Assembly: GCA_040954595.2 (NCBI GenBank)
Contig: CM082576.2
Coordinates: 8,559,129 to 8,623,128, forward strand
Length of the DNA stretch: 64,000 nt
Reading direction: 5' to 3'
From: Balanoglossus misakiensis
Lineage: Eukaryota > Animalia > Hemichordata
Shown: positions 1-10,903 of the stretch, piece by piece
Position numbering within the stretch: position 1 is the stretch's first letter
How the letters are laid out: each line of letters opens with the position of its first letter
Program-made: the position numbers and the translations under genes
The notes under the pieces: model-generated
What the model was told of the DNA's origin: nothing
What the model saw: the letters and a program-made list of their open reading frames with translations, nothing else
Databases searched by the model: none

Positions 1-2434
1 TTATATCAGAAAAAATAAAATGTGCATCTCAGTAATTTTCTAAGACTTCTTCTTCTATGAAATACTGACCCCTGGTACCATAGGTTTATGTAGTTATTCC
101 TGTCTAAAAATAAATAAAATGATTATATGTATAATAAATTTATAGATCATCACATCAAAGAAAGACCTGTGATCTCAACCATCAATCCCAATAACACAGA
201 AATTATTTGACATGGCAATGAATAATCAGACATGATGTTAATCTCGGCCAGGTTGAAAATAAAAAGCAGTTGAAAGCTATCCTCAAACTCCAATTTCAAC
301 TGAAATTACAGTTTTCATTTTCTCTTGATTAATCTCTTGCTACACCCTCATTTTAAACTGCTGGCAAATTATGGAGCCATGAAATGAAAATGACAGTTAA
401 AAATTGCCAAAGGCAAAAAAAAAACAGAATTGCTACTGTTACTTAGCCTATAGGGAAGCTAATTATTCTGAAATTGTGAAAGAAGCCAGTCAATGGCCTG
501 ACCTTTGACCAGTTGTAAAATATGATCACTCAGACGTATGCAATATCTATATGAGGAATTCTGTCTAGTGCACTGCTAATTCCCACGTGCAGAGAACATA
601 TGTAACTAACAGTGAGTTAGTGGGTGTGGCACATGTACACATTATACTCACTGTGATGTTCTACATTTTGGCAAAAGTCTACAAACTCAGTCATGTCATA
701 CTACCTTGGAAAACACATATTAAAATCATGGTTGGTCTTTCATTAAATGGTATTTGTTTAACTATTGATTACATAACACCATCTAAAAATTGTGAATATT
801 TACTCTCTGAACATAGTAGTCACTCAGTACTTAATACAATGTTAGTAATAGTTTATTCAAACTTTGCAGTTGAGTGGCCCCCAACATTTGCAATGTAGGT
901 GTTTTTTTGAGAAACAGTCTAAGCACTGCCAATCAATCACTCATATTCCTTGTGAATATTAATAAAAATGAAATAAATATGACAATTTATGGACACTGAT
1001 ATCTGCACTGAGTTAAAAAAAAACAATTCTGTTTATAGATTACAGTGGAACTCAATAGGCAACTTTTGTGACCTTATATGACCTTACATCCTGGCATTTT
1101 TATTGGTGTGAAAGTGTGAATCCACTATTTTGATTCAAAAATCAAAATGAGCCAACAATATTCACTTTTTTGTTCTTAATTGCTATTTTAACTTATTGTT
1201 AAACTTATATTTTGTACAATTTTCACTTTTCATGCAGCACAATGTTGAATTTTCCATACTATATAACAATATAATCAAAAGTACCAGAATATAAGGTCAT
1301 GTAGGGTCACAGGGTCAAGTGTTTGACTTCCTCTGAATACTGGAAGTAGATTTTGTGTAATTATTTAAATCCTATCACCCTTTTTAATAATATAACCTTT
1401 ACAGTAATGCTAATCATTCAAGATAATACAATTACCAACCATTGAAACAATCAAAAATGCTAGCACAGCATTCTCCCCACAAATTTCTAACCTAAACACA
1501 TAGGAGCTTATTTGTATAACATATGGAGATTGTTATGCTAATATTAAGCTTCTATTGTTTCTCGAAACTGCTAAATAACATGGTGGCCACCATTTTCTTT
1601 TAAATGCTCTTGGGAGATCATTACATATTCATTTACAGATGAAAAAAAATCATTGTTTCCATAATCCTGTTAATTCTTGATTGAATTATAGAAGAACTCA
1701 TCAACTTCGATTGTTCAGCATAATTACACCACCATGTCACAGTCTCACAGACACGCATATTCATTAGCACTTGTGTGGAAGTCACTGATACATTATAAAA
1801 TGGGAGTCATCTGTTACTTTACAATTTTTTTAATTTACACCATTTTTATTTTTTATTTTTTGCTTTCACATTGCAGACTGTTGAACTGATTTTCCAAGAT
1901 ACAATACAACACAATATAATTTTACAAATAAATTAAATTTAAGTAAAACATATTTCACGTAATGTGTAATCTGACAGCATGAATATATGGCACTGCTGAG
2001 GTAGCAACTTCAATACCATATATGGTTGATAAGTTACATGTAGGGGGTCGAAGTCTGTAACTGAAATAATCAGTCTTGTCTACTTCTGTCAAGGCTAAAG
2101 ATACTCAGATACTCTTGTCAATTTATTTCATCATTAATGTATATTAAAATAAATCAACCCTTTGGTTTAATGAACTGACATGCAATAACTACAGCAAGAC
2201 TATGTATGTACATGTATTTGTTCTAATATACACTGGAACAATCACTGTCTTTGATGCTATTACTTCACGGTCACTGATCACAGTCAAAGATAACCGTGGC
2301 CATGGCCTCTTCAGCGATATATTGTCTATCTGAAGAATAATAATCGGCTGGAAAAATAATCCTGTGGAAATTTAAGCACTCCCGAAATTGTGATATAGAT
2401 ATAACGCGTTCTATTTCAGTCAGCTGTTTAGCTC

Positions 2435-2506
2435 GCCGTGATCGTCTAGTGGTTAGGACATTGCGTTGTGGCCGCAATAACCCAGGTTCGAATCCTGGTC
2501 TCGGCA
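2435..2506 (+). tRNA. tRNA-His (anticodon GTG)
   Basis: Cloverleaf: acceptor GCCGTGA/TCTCGGC (one T-T mismatch), D arm GTCT..GGAC, anticodon stem TTGCG/CGCAA with loop TTGTGGC (GTG at 2468-2470), T arm CCAGG-TTCGAAT-CCTGG. Closely resembles the canonical animal tRNA-His. Confidence 0.95.
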
Positions 2507-2542
2507 TTACCCTCTCGGTGTAATGAGACGGCAAAGTTGGCA

Positions 2543-2550
2543 TTTTTTTT
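2543..2550 (+). terminator. RNA polymerase III terminator (T run) for tRNA-His
   Basis: T8 run about 37 nt downstream of the tRNA 3' end. Confidence 0.75.
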
Positions 2551-2879
2551 CCTGCCATAGATTTCGGAACTAAATGGATTCATATTATCCTAGGATATCT
2601 TAGCCCTTTACTGAACTGAACTGAACTTTTCCGGCATGTGATGACTGAAACACGTGCTGACTGTATCTGTATGTGGTTTGCGGTGTAGGTAGGGCGATGT
2701 CACATTTCTGAGGTTTCTGGGTGTGTAACGTGTGCACGCACGGCGACTAGATGGTCGCAGAGAGAATAAAAATGAAATATACCCCCACAGAAAACTGAAA
2801 ATACCCACCATGAATGGTTTATTCTGTTTTCGGTTCTTCTTTACAACACCACACGAACTTCTAACTTCGGTTGTGATGA

Positions 2880-3170
2880 AAATATCGCGAGTGCACTTCA
2901 AGAGTGTTTACAACGCCGCCATTTTGAATATTTTACGTAGCACTGCTTTTTTTCTCCGTGGTGATCACACAAAGTCTTTCCTTTATAACAATTATATTGG
3001 TACTATTGATTACAAATAATAATAATTAGTGGTACTAAAGACATTTTTGAATAAAAAGGGACGATAACTTCTTTACAGGAATGACCTCTTGACGGGAAGT
3101 CTCGTGCGTAGTTTTGTCAGTAACGTTTGATCACGGTACCTTTCGAGATTTGAAGTTTACCTTGGTTTGT
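2880..3170 (+). promoter_or_regulatory. Putative CpG-rich promoter of the zinc-finger gene
   Basis: Local CpG enrichment, YY1-type GCCGCCATTTTG (2915-2926), TATCGCGAG (2883-2891) and ETS-like CGGGAAGT (3093-3100), all upstream of the ATG at 3437. A non-coding first exon may end near 3164 (G|GTTTGT). Confidence 0.55.
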
Positions 3171-3436
3171 GTTGGCCGAGCAGCAATGACTGCTGGTACA
3201 GGGAAATGTTTAAAGAGAGAATAGTGAGCAAACGAAACGAGTATAATTTGGAATCTGTGTATGGAAAATGTGAAAAGTTGCAAACATACGTTTGAGGTCT
3301 TCCTATAACATTTTCATGTCATTTTCACTCGACACTACTAAATACATCACCTGAACTGATAGGTCGATGAACGAGGTAAACTTGTTGTCTGTAACAGCAG
3401 ACGAACACGAACAACGCAACGAGTGAAATTTCGACA

Positions 3437-3500
3437 ATGACCTCGCGCCGTAGAAAACAAAATGCTCCTCGGAAGTCGGCCGTTACTATTTCAGAACAAG
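3437..3500 (+). CDS. Zinc-finger gene coding exon 1 (MTSRRRKQNAPRKSAVTISEQ)
   Basis: ATG in ACAATGA context; donor AAG|GTATGA; phase 1 matches the next exon. Confidence 0.75.
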
Positions 3501-6500
3501 GTATGATTCTCATATGTACCATTTTCGATGACGGTATGTCATTGTACATCGAAATATACCTTTGTTTATGGTGTTTTGATCTCGTCAATATGGGGAAATT
3601 CGACTGCTTGTCGTGACAGCGCCCAAACGAATGGTGGATTGTGTTTGTATATTGAATTTGACAAGTGCTAAAACACACCAGCACTATGCAGAAACGCGAA
3701 TAACCTATCCGAAACATTTGTCCTCTCTTCCAGTCAGGGTTAATGTATTTGCTCTTGGCGATTGCGATATCAAACGCATGCCAATTTGCAACAAAGTTGC
3801 AGAGCGGGTGTACCTTGCGTCGTCGTCTGTCAGTTTGTTTATTATATTGCATGATTACGCGGCAAACCCGTTCACAGAACTCTGGTCTACCTCTCTGGTT
3901 TTCCCGTATCGGTTACCCGATTGTAGGGTCGTACGGAAAAGAGTAACTCCCAAAATGTACGGTAAATTGTACCCACAATATTTTACTTTCGGCGTTAACA
4001 GCCAGTAGATATATACATGTAGACATTTGCATAATGTAGCAGTAGACTCTTTGCAGGTCACATATCCTGTTTGCATATGTACATGTATATACACACAAGT
4101 AGGTCTGCTATTATAAAGCAGTATGCGATGCTTTGTAATTGTTTTTTATTTATGATATTCATAGTGCTTTCTGAACAACAATTGCATAAATAGTTTCTGC
4201 AGTTTTAGCCAAACTTTGTTCTGCAAATGAATTAATATTTTCCAGCATACATTATCTGCTGCCAGTATCCTAATGCATTATGGGATCAGACAAGGAAGTA
4301 CAACAAACTTACTAAACATCCCAAGATCAAGAAAGTTTGTATTTGGAGATATTAAACACTGCACTGCTGGCAAAATACCCAACCTCATGTAGTGTATCAT
4401 CATTTCAGCTACATGCATGATATTTAAAATCATGATATCAAACCATTTTTGTGGTGTATACAAAGAGGTATTGACTTGGGCTCTAGAATGTCCAGTAAGA
4501 ATAGATCATAACAGTATAAGTTATAAGCCTTCTTTACATTTGTTATAAAACCATTGTTATTCACCACTTTATGGCAAGATTATATAGCAGATCTGGGTTT
4601 GATTCAATTTTGTTGGGGGGTTTTTCAAAGAGAAACAAAATCCCCCTAGACACTGCCAGCAGTTAAAATAATGTTTCAGTGCAAACCAAATGGCAGACAT
4701 TTTGTGGGAGGTCACAGCACTTTCTGCTTCATTTGAACATTTTCTGTATCTGTTGCAGATGAATCTGATGGTGTGGAACCTGTTAGCAAGCGCAGCCGAC
4801 CTTCCCGACACGTATCAACCAGGTCCCAGACACAGTCGGTCAAAATGTCCACATTGAAGACCAAAAGGAGTCTGAAAATGAAACTCAAGAAAAAGCTCCG
4901 GTCCAAGAAAGTGGCCAAGGAGAAAGCTGCAAAGGCTAAAGTGAGTTCATGCAGTTACATTGATAAGGGCACAATACATTAAGTTGTACTTGTGGTTTCC
5001 CTGGCGTGTGTTTTTCTCAAGCTAGTTTCTATTCGTTTGATAAAATAAAAAATAAAAAACAAAACTTGTAAATATGCCAATCTTACATAGGAATATAAAA
5101 TAGTGATAATACTTTAAATTCACAAATTTTACAAAATGGGAGTGACTCGTGGACACCAGTTAAAACTTAAAGAGTGTAATGTCTTTTTAATTGGTAGATG
5201 AAAGAAGATCAAGACAAGCCACCGGATTTCCATAAGAACAGAGTACTGAACCTGGATCAGATAAGAAAGCTGTCAGATGTGGCACTTCTCAAGAAGTTTG
5301 CTGAACACAAGGTCGACAAGACCAAGAAGAAATCGGGAGAAGCCAAGGTGGAGCATGTGTACACCTGCAAATTGCTGCCAGACAACTGTTGTCAGAAGTT
5401 GAAAGGAACGGACTCAGTTGCCAAAAGTGAAATGAAAAGACATTTACTAGCCCACATAGGAGAACTACTTACACTCAGTGCATCTGGTAAGGATTGTACT
5501 GTTTGTTGGGGGCACACAATAGGCCTTGAGCTAGGGGAGGGTGCCTGGGTTAACCCTTTCACCACCATGGTCCAGTCCAAATTCATCTCTTCAATTGTAG
5601 TCCTTGATTTTGACCCGAATTGCAAGTCTACCCCATACCACTTGAATTCCATGGTGTGAGGTCGCGCAGGGTCATGAAAATGGCCAATTTGAAGTGCGAC
5701 AGTAGCACGAGTTTGATAACACTAAAAAGCAATTCAGTAATTTCTCTGTGAATACATACAGAAATGAACAAAAAATTGAATGTCTAACTCGAAAGTTAAC
5801 AGCTGATTTCTGTCTCCTTGGCTCCATGTCTAGAATCAGCCAAGAGAGAAAAAGCAGAATTTACAAGTGTTGAGGGGAGCACAGTTGGAGGAAAAGCAAG
5901 TACTAATAAAAAAGGTACTGTGTCAACTTGTGCCAATTTCTGGTCTTCCACCACAAACCCAGATATCCACCATCAGTAACTCCATAAAAAACCCAGACAT
6001 TTTAATTTTGAGCACACAGTTGACTACTCCTGGGCCCTTCACACCAGACAAAATCGTCAGTATTAAGATTCTAAAATCTACATCTGTGTTATAGACTCTC
6101 CCAAAGGGCAAAGCGAGCCCAAAGTCTTCTGCACTGCTATGGTTATCTGTTATATGATGATGTCCACAGCAAAGCAGTGCAGTGAGCCGGAGAAGCTATA
6201 TGCGAGTTTCGCTACACAAAGCTATGCATTGCTGCATCTGTCCTCTTGTTGGGGGGGGGGGGGGGGGGGGGGGGGTTACCGCCATACAGCAGAGAACTAG
6301 AACAGAGTGGCAACTTTGGGCTGTGAGAGAGTCAAATGTGTTGATTATCATACTTATGCCAGTGTTGTAATATTTTTTCAGCAAAGAAGGCTGCCCAGAG
6401 GCGATCCGAATCAAGCGGAGAAGCCCCGAAAGAGAAGACTTCTCAGGCATCCGACGGCGCAAAATATGTTGTGCCAGGTTTAGAGCACCCACTAGCAATA

Positions 6501-8379
6501 GAATTACCCAAGTCGGCAGACGTGCAAGGGTCTAGTTTCACGGTGATAAAGTCTTCGGAAGGACTGAACGAAGTCGTCTTGCTGCCCAAGGGACAGTTCA
6601 TTAACCTCACAACCATGGCTGACAGTTCTGACAGCAGCAACCCGCTTGCCAAGGGTGTTCTGTTGGGCGACAAAGTGCCCCCTATCAGGAAAGACGTTGT
6701 GAGAGCGTCGCCGCAGAAGGCCCGGCATGTGCCAAACATTCTGAGGCGCAGTCGGAGGGAGAGTCCGTCAAAGCCCAAAACGGGCCCGGGGGTGAACACA
6801 GAAGGGCGCTTGACCCTGTCGGAGTTTGCGCAGATCGTCACTGAAGAAGTCGGCCTGGACGACGACCGGCTCGCTGCATTCCACGACGACCACAACTACA
6901 CCATTGTGCAGAAGAAACCGCAGATACCGGAGCTTATGAATACAGATGCCGACGGCAGGCCAATCAGACCGGAGGCATCCAGCCAGTACATTGAAATGGA
7001 CAGCCCACCTAACTACTACGAACAAGGCTACATGGCCAATGAACTCCAAAACAGGCCAGGTGTGGATGCCCAGCAGCAGCAGCAGCAACAGCTGCAACCC
7101 AACCTGCGAGCCAAGCCGACTAGGATCAAGATGTCAGAAGTTGTGCGCAATGCCAAGTCAGAGGTGGAGAAATCTGATGAAGACGCGAAAAGTAAACAAG
7201 TCAGGGTAAGTGATGGTACTTAAAGGAGGTGGTTGAGCAAGCCTTTACAAGTCCATCTTCTCTATAAAATCAGGGTACATCAGGGCATTTGGTAATTGAG
7301 TTGTATTTGCCAACCTTCATTTGTTCTTGATCAACTGATTCAGTAGTCAGTCTTGGCAATTGCCCTTTTGTCCTTCTTTCTTATGGTGATGACGCAATCC
7401 ATTCTCTTTCAGTTGAAAGCATTAGAAATCTTGAAGAGCATGCGGAAGAGAAGAGCTAGGCTGGAAGATGGCAATAGCAAGGGTCAATTTGAATGTGAGA
7501 TATGTGGGAAACTGTACACAGCCGGAGCTACACTCACTGCACATTACAGAAGTCATGCAGGTTAGTTTACTCGTGTGTTACATGTAGCATTATGTCAATG
7601 CATGCAAGATAGGGTAACTTTTCAGATAGAACATTTAAGTGTAACTTCTAATAAATGATGTAATGTTTCTGCGTGTATGTTGCACTTCTGTTATTGTGAC
7701 ATTCTTTGGAATATGGTCAATTTCCATTGGCAGCAAGGTGTCACCAGCAAATGTGACCATTTTAACACACCTCTCAATTTGTCTCTTCCCACCATGCACA
7801 GGTATTAAGCCATTTCAGTGTCAGGTTTGCAAGGCCTCTTTCACGCGTCTACACAGCCTTAACTATCACATGATGATCCACAACAGCCAGAGTCGCTTCA
7901 CCTGCGACTACTGCGGCCGCAAGTTCCGACACCCCAGCCACTTCAAAGAGCACCTCAGGCGCCACACGGGGGAGGCGCCGTTTGCCTGCTGCGACTGCCC
8001 CCGCAGGTTCAAGACCAGGAACACGTACAAGCGGCACCTGCGATCGAAACACAGCAAAGTGCTGACGGCCAAAGGGATCACGACTATGGACGGCGTGCCT
8101 GTGGTCATCGTCTCCACCACGAGTCAGGGCGTGGATCAGATGCCGTCGTCGCCGTCGTCTCAGCTACCGCCGGAGTTCGACGAAGAGGAGGAAGAGGACG
8201 ATGATGAGGAGGAGGAGGAGGAGGATGAAGACAATGAGGCAGAGGGAGAGGAGGTTGAGGAGGAAGAAGTCAATGTGGATGTGGAGGCGAGGGGAGGGGG
8301 GAGTCTTGGAGGTGGAGACATAGACAAGGGAGAACACACTGATCAGCCAGTCGCAGGGGAGACGAAATCTGAACTGTAA
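3437..8379 (+). CDS. C2H2 zinc-finger transcription factor, about 694 aa; join(3437-3500,4759-4940,5198-5486,6382-7205,7413-7560,7802-8379)
   Basis: Six exons with GT-AG boundaries and matching phases (1,0,1,0,1) total 2085 nt = 694 aa + stop. Four tandem C2H2 fingers (CEIC..HYRSH, CQVC..HMMIH, CDYC..HLRRH, CCDC..HLRSKH) with HAGIKPF/HTGEAPF linkers, an atypical N-terminal finger, a polyQ tract and an acidic tail. Confidence 0.88.
4759..4940 (+). CDS. Zinc-finger gene coding exon 2 (Lys/Arg-rich, NLS-like)
   Basis: Acceptor TGTTGCAG, donor AAA|GTGAGT; frame of ORF 4773-4982. Confidence 0.85.
5198..5486 (+). CDS. Zinc-finger gene coding exon 3 (atypical C2H2-like finger YTC..C..HLLAH)
   Basis: Acceptor TTGGTAG, donor CTG|GTAAGG; frame of ORF 5198-5659. 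Confidence 0.85.
5550..5662. mobile_element. Degenerate piggyBac-like MITE
   Basis: Starts TTAA-CCCTTTCACCACCATGG and ends CCATGGTGTGAGG, an imperfect inverted terminus. A related right end, AAACCATGGTGCTGACAGGGT, occurs near 27741-27761. Confidence 0.5.
6382..7205 (+). CDS. Zinc-finger gene coding exon 4 (low-complexity region, DHNY motif, polyQ)
   Basis: Acceptor TTTTTTCAG, donor AGG|GTAAGT; frame of ORF 6471-7223. Confidence 0.88.
7413..7560 (+). CDS. Zinc-finger gene coding exon 5 (first canonical C2H2 finger)
   Basis: Acceptor CTCTTTCAG, donor CAG|GTTAGT; FECEICGKLYTAGATLTAHYRSHA. Confidence 0.92.
7802..8379 (+). CDS. Zinc-finger gene coding exon 6 (three C2H2 fingers, acidic tail, stop)
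   Basis: Acceptor GCACAG; GIKPFQCQVC...; TAA at 8377-8379. Confidence 0.92.
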
Positions 8380-10623
8380 CACCCCCTGTAGGAACTGTTC
8401 GGGAAGAATCAGCTGGCAGTGTCAGCTGCTTTGAATGTAAATTTTATTCTTTTTGAAGGGAACAGGAAAACTGCCACCGAAACAGCGAAAAGACGTTGAT
8501 TATCCAACTTTGTGTTGAACAGTTTCTTTATCTGGAGACTGTTACCCAATGAAGCCACAGGATCATGTTTTGCAGAAAGGGTGTACTGTTGCATTTTTAA
8601 AATGCAACATGCTTATATAGAGCGCAGCGTAAATAATCTTTGAACTGTGTATATTTTCTTTCTGTCTCTGTAATATATGGTATTGCATCGAGGTAATCTC
8701 ACTGTGTGAATGGGTTTAATATGCCCGAGAATGAGAGATAGAAACATTGCTAATTAATATAAGAGCTTTTTGTACATGTACTTATAAAGCTGATTGAATT
8801 GCAAACTTTCAGTTTTTCAAACACCTGTCTGCGTCTAGAGTTGCTTGCTTACAATCCATCAAGCCACTGCATTTCGCATTTAACCGATTTTCAAAAAGTG
8901 TATATTTTTCAGAACACTGAAGTATTCTATCACAGATTCATTCCATGCATTATTAAAATCATTTTTAACTTAATGTTTACCACGTTACTACAAGTCAGAA
9001 CTAGATTATTTCCACTGAATAATGTATTTATTTAAATCTTGATCAAGTAATTAAAGACATCGATTTCACTCTCAGGTTTAAAAAAAAATTAAACAAATGT
9101 ATTAGGCATTGTCCACAAATATGTTATGTGGTACATGGAACTCTGTATGCATTTTAACATGATTGTATTTAATTAACTTTATGATTTTAGCAAACAAGTA
9201 AAATTCAGCCAAAAAAACCCTAAGGTACTGCATATAGTTTACAGTTTGAAAGTTGACAATAATACTTTTTTTTCTACAATCCACAGTCACAGACTGGCAG
9301 TTTTGAACGTAAAATGTGGAATTTTGTTTTTAGATCTACAAATCATGACGCAGCTGTTTGAAAGCAGTGTAAATTTCAGAGGATGTCAACATAAAAGAGT
9401 ATTTTATTTCTGAATTACAAAGTGGTTTCCTTGTAAATTGTTGATTTTTGTGATGACAATAGCACCAGTGAGAACTGCTCTCAGAGAGCATGTATCTCAG
9501 GCATGAAACGGAACAGAATAGTTTGCCTCAAGTGCCTATGAATTCTTTTTTATTTAGTTTGGTGTGGAGGAATTTCATCGGGCAGCTGTAGAGTCGCCTC
9601 GTAGTGTGAAATCATGATGCTGCAGTTGTATGTCTACAGGTTTACACTGTCGGTCACATAAGTCCACTGTCTTGTGTTGAGCTGGTTCCCATGCTGAGAG
9701 AGTGGTTTTATAACAGCTGATCTCACCATTAAATTGGAATTGTACTGCCACATTATAGAGAATATGGTTAAGTGAGTATGCGCCTCGGGCAGATCTTCAG
9801 AGAAATTCAAAATGGCCGCCAATCTCTGTGTTAACTCAATGGAGAAAATTGATTACAGTAGACAAGTTGTGAATTTTATGAAAACAAGATGGTGAATACC
9901 CAGATTTATTCTTTGTTTTCAGAAAGACTTTTCACACAGATTAATAAAGAAAAGAACTGTAAGGTTTGGAGGACTAGTAGCATTTTTTGAAAATCTGTCC
10001 CAATTGCAATCATACTATTGCTTCATCTCTCCGGTGGAAAAGGAGATTTTTTTGAACGAATCTTTGCGCTAAAGTCAGCATTTTTATGTGGCACATCTCT
10101 CTTGACCTGCAATGAGTTAAGGCAACTTTGACAATGAATCATAATGCATGTGCCTGTACGAATCAAACTTGATTTCCACTTCCAACACCAATACTCTGAT
10201 GGTGCAGGAGACATTAGCACATGAAAATTGACAGGGAGCAGTTTTGTTCATGAAAATGTCTGAGTACAGTAACATGCATAAGACCATTGGCGTGACCTGG
10301 CCTGTCTTAGCCGATGGTGTGATCCCCACATAACATTTCATTCCATGGAGCAGATATATATTATCTATGAGAATTTATATTGATTTTTTGTTTGATTTCC
10401 TGAAATGTCATTTTCATGAGGATGCTGAAAGTTGCTGCTGCCTCCGAGACATAATTTACCAGTGAAAGTTGACATCCCGCTCTTTTTATCTATCATTTGA
10501 AGTACAAGATATGAGTAGATTCTAGAGGTTTTTGTTACTCCACCAAGTACTGTTGTTTTTTGTTGAAAACTTTCTGCTACTTTTGCTTTATTTCTGGAGG
10601 TATTTTTTCATCGATCTACTCCA

Positions 10624-10629
10624 AATAAA
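10624..10629 (+). terminator. Candidate polyadenylation signal of the zinc-finger gene
   Basis: AATAAA followed 30-40 nt later by the GU-rich GTGTGTTGTC. Confidence 0.45.
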
Positions 10630-10897
10630 CCTTGTGTACAGAGATTAAATGCGGCTGTCAGTGTGTTGTCATCGTCTGCCCTCACGGGTTGTTTGCTCGA
10701 CTACCGTCTCCCATCAAAGAACCTGTGTGCCTGCCAGGTACCCTGATCTAGACTGAAAAATTGCAGTGTGCAGGAGCCCTCCGGCCCTAACCAGAAGGAT
10801 GCAGAGCGCCTAAATCTTTCAGTCTATTTCTGATCGATTCCATGAAGAATTGAAAACACAAACACATTTTCTTTTGTAAAAAAAAGGAACCTGTGGA

Positions 10898-10903
10898 TTT
10901 ATT
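10898..10903 (-). terminator. Candidate polyadenylation signal of PPP4R4
   Basis: TTTATT on + (AATAAA on -), followed on - by a U/GU-rich tract (reverse complement of about 10853-10885). Confidence 0.45.

Noticed and set aside
1-2300. Possible exons of an upstream divergent gene (e.g. minus-strand donor near 650; CAAAATGGCGGCG at about 2926-2914)
   Set aside because: The ATG is followed by a stop after four codons, and no coherent spliced reading frame could be built.
2271-2558. 95-aa minus-strand ORF (PRPGFEPGLLRPQRNVLTT)
   Set aside because: Antisense translation of the tRNA-His gene.
3325-3852. 175-aa minus-strand ORF
   Set aside because: No recognisable domain and non-coding-like composition; overlaps zinc-finger exon 1 and intron 1 in antisense.
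6443-8382. Several minus-strand ORFs (6443-6895, 6768-7097, 7849-8052, 8164-8382)
   Set aside because: Antisense shadows of GC-rich zinc-finger exons.
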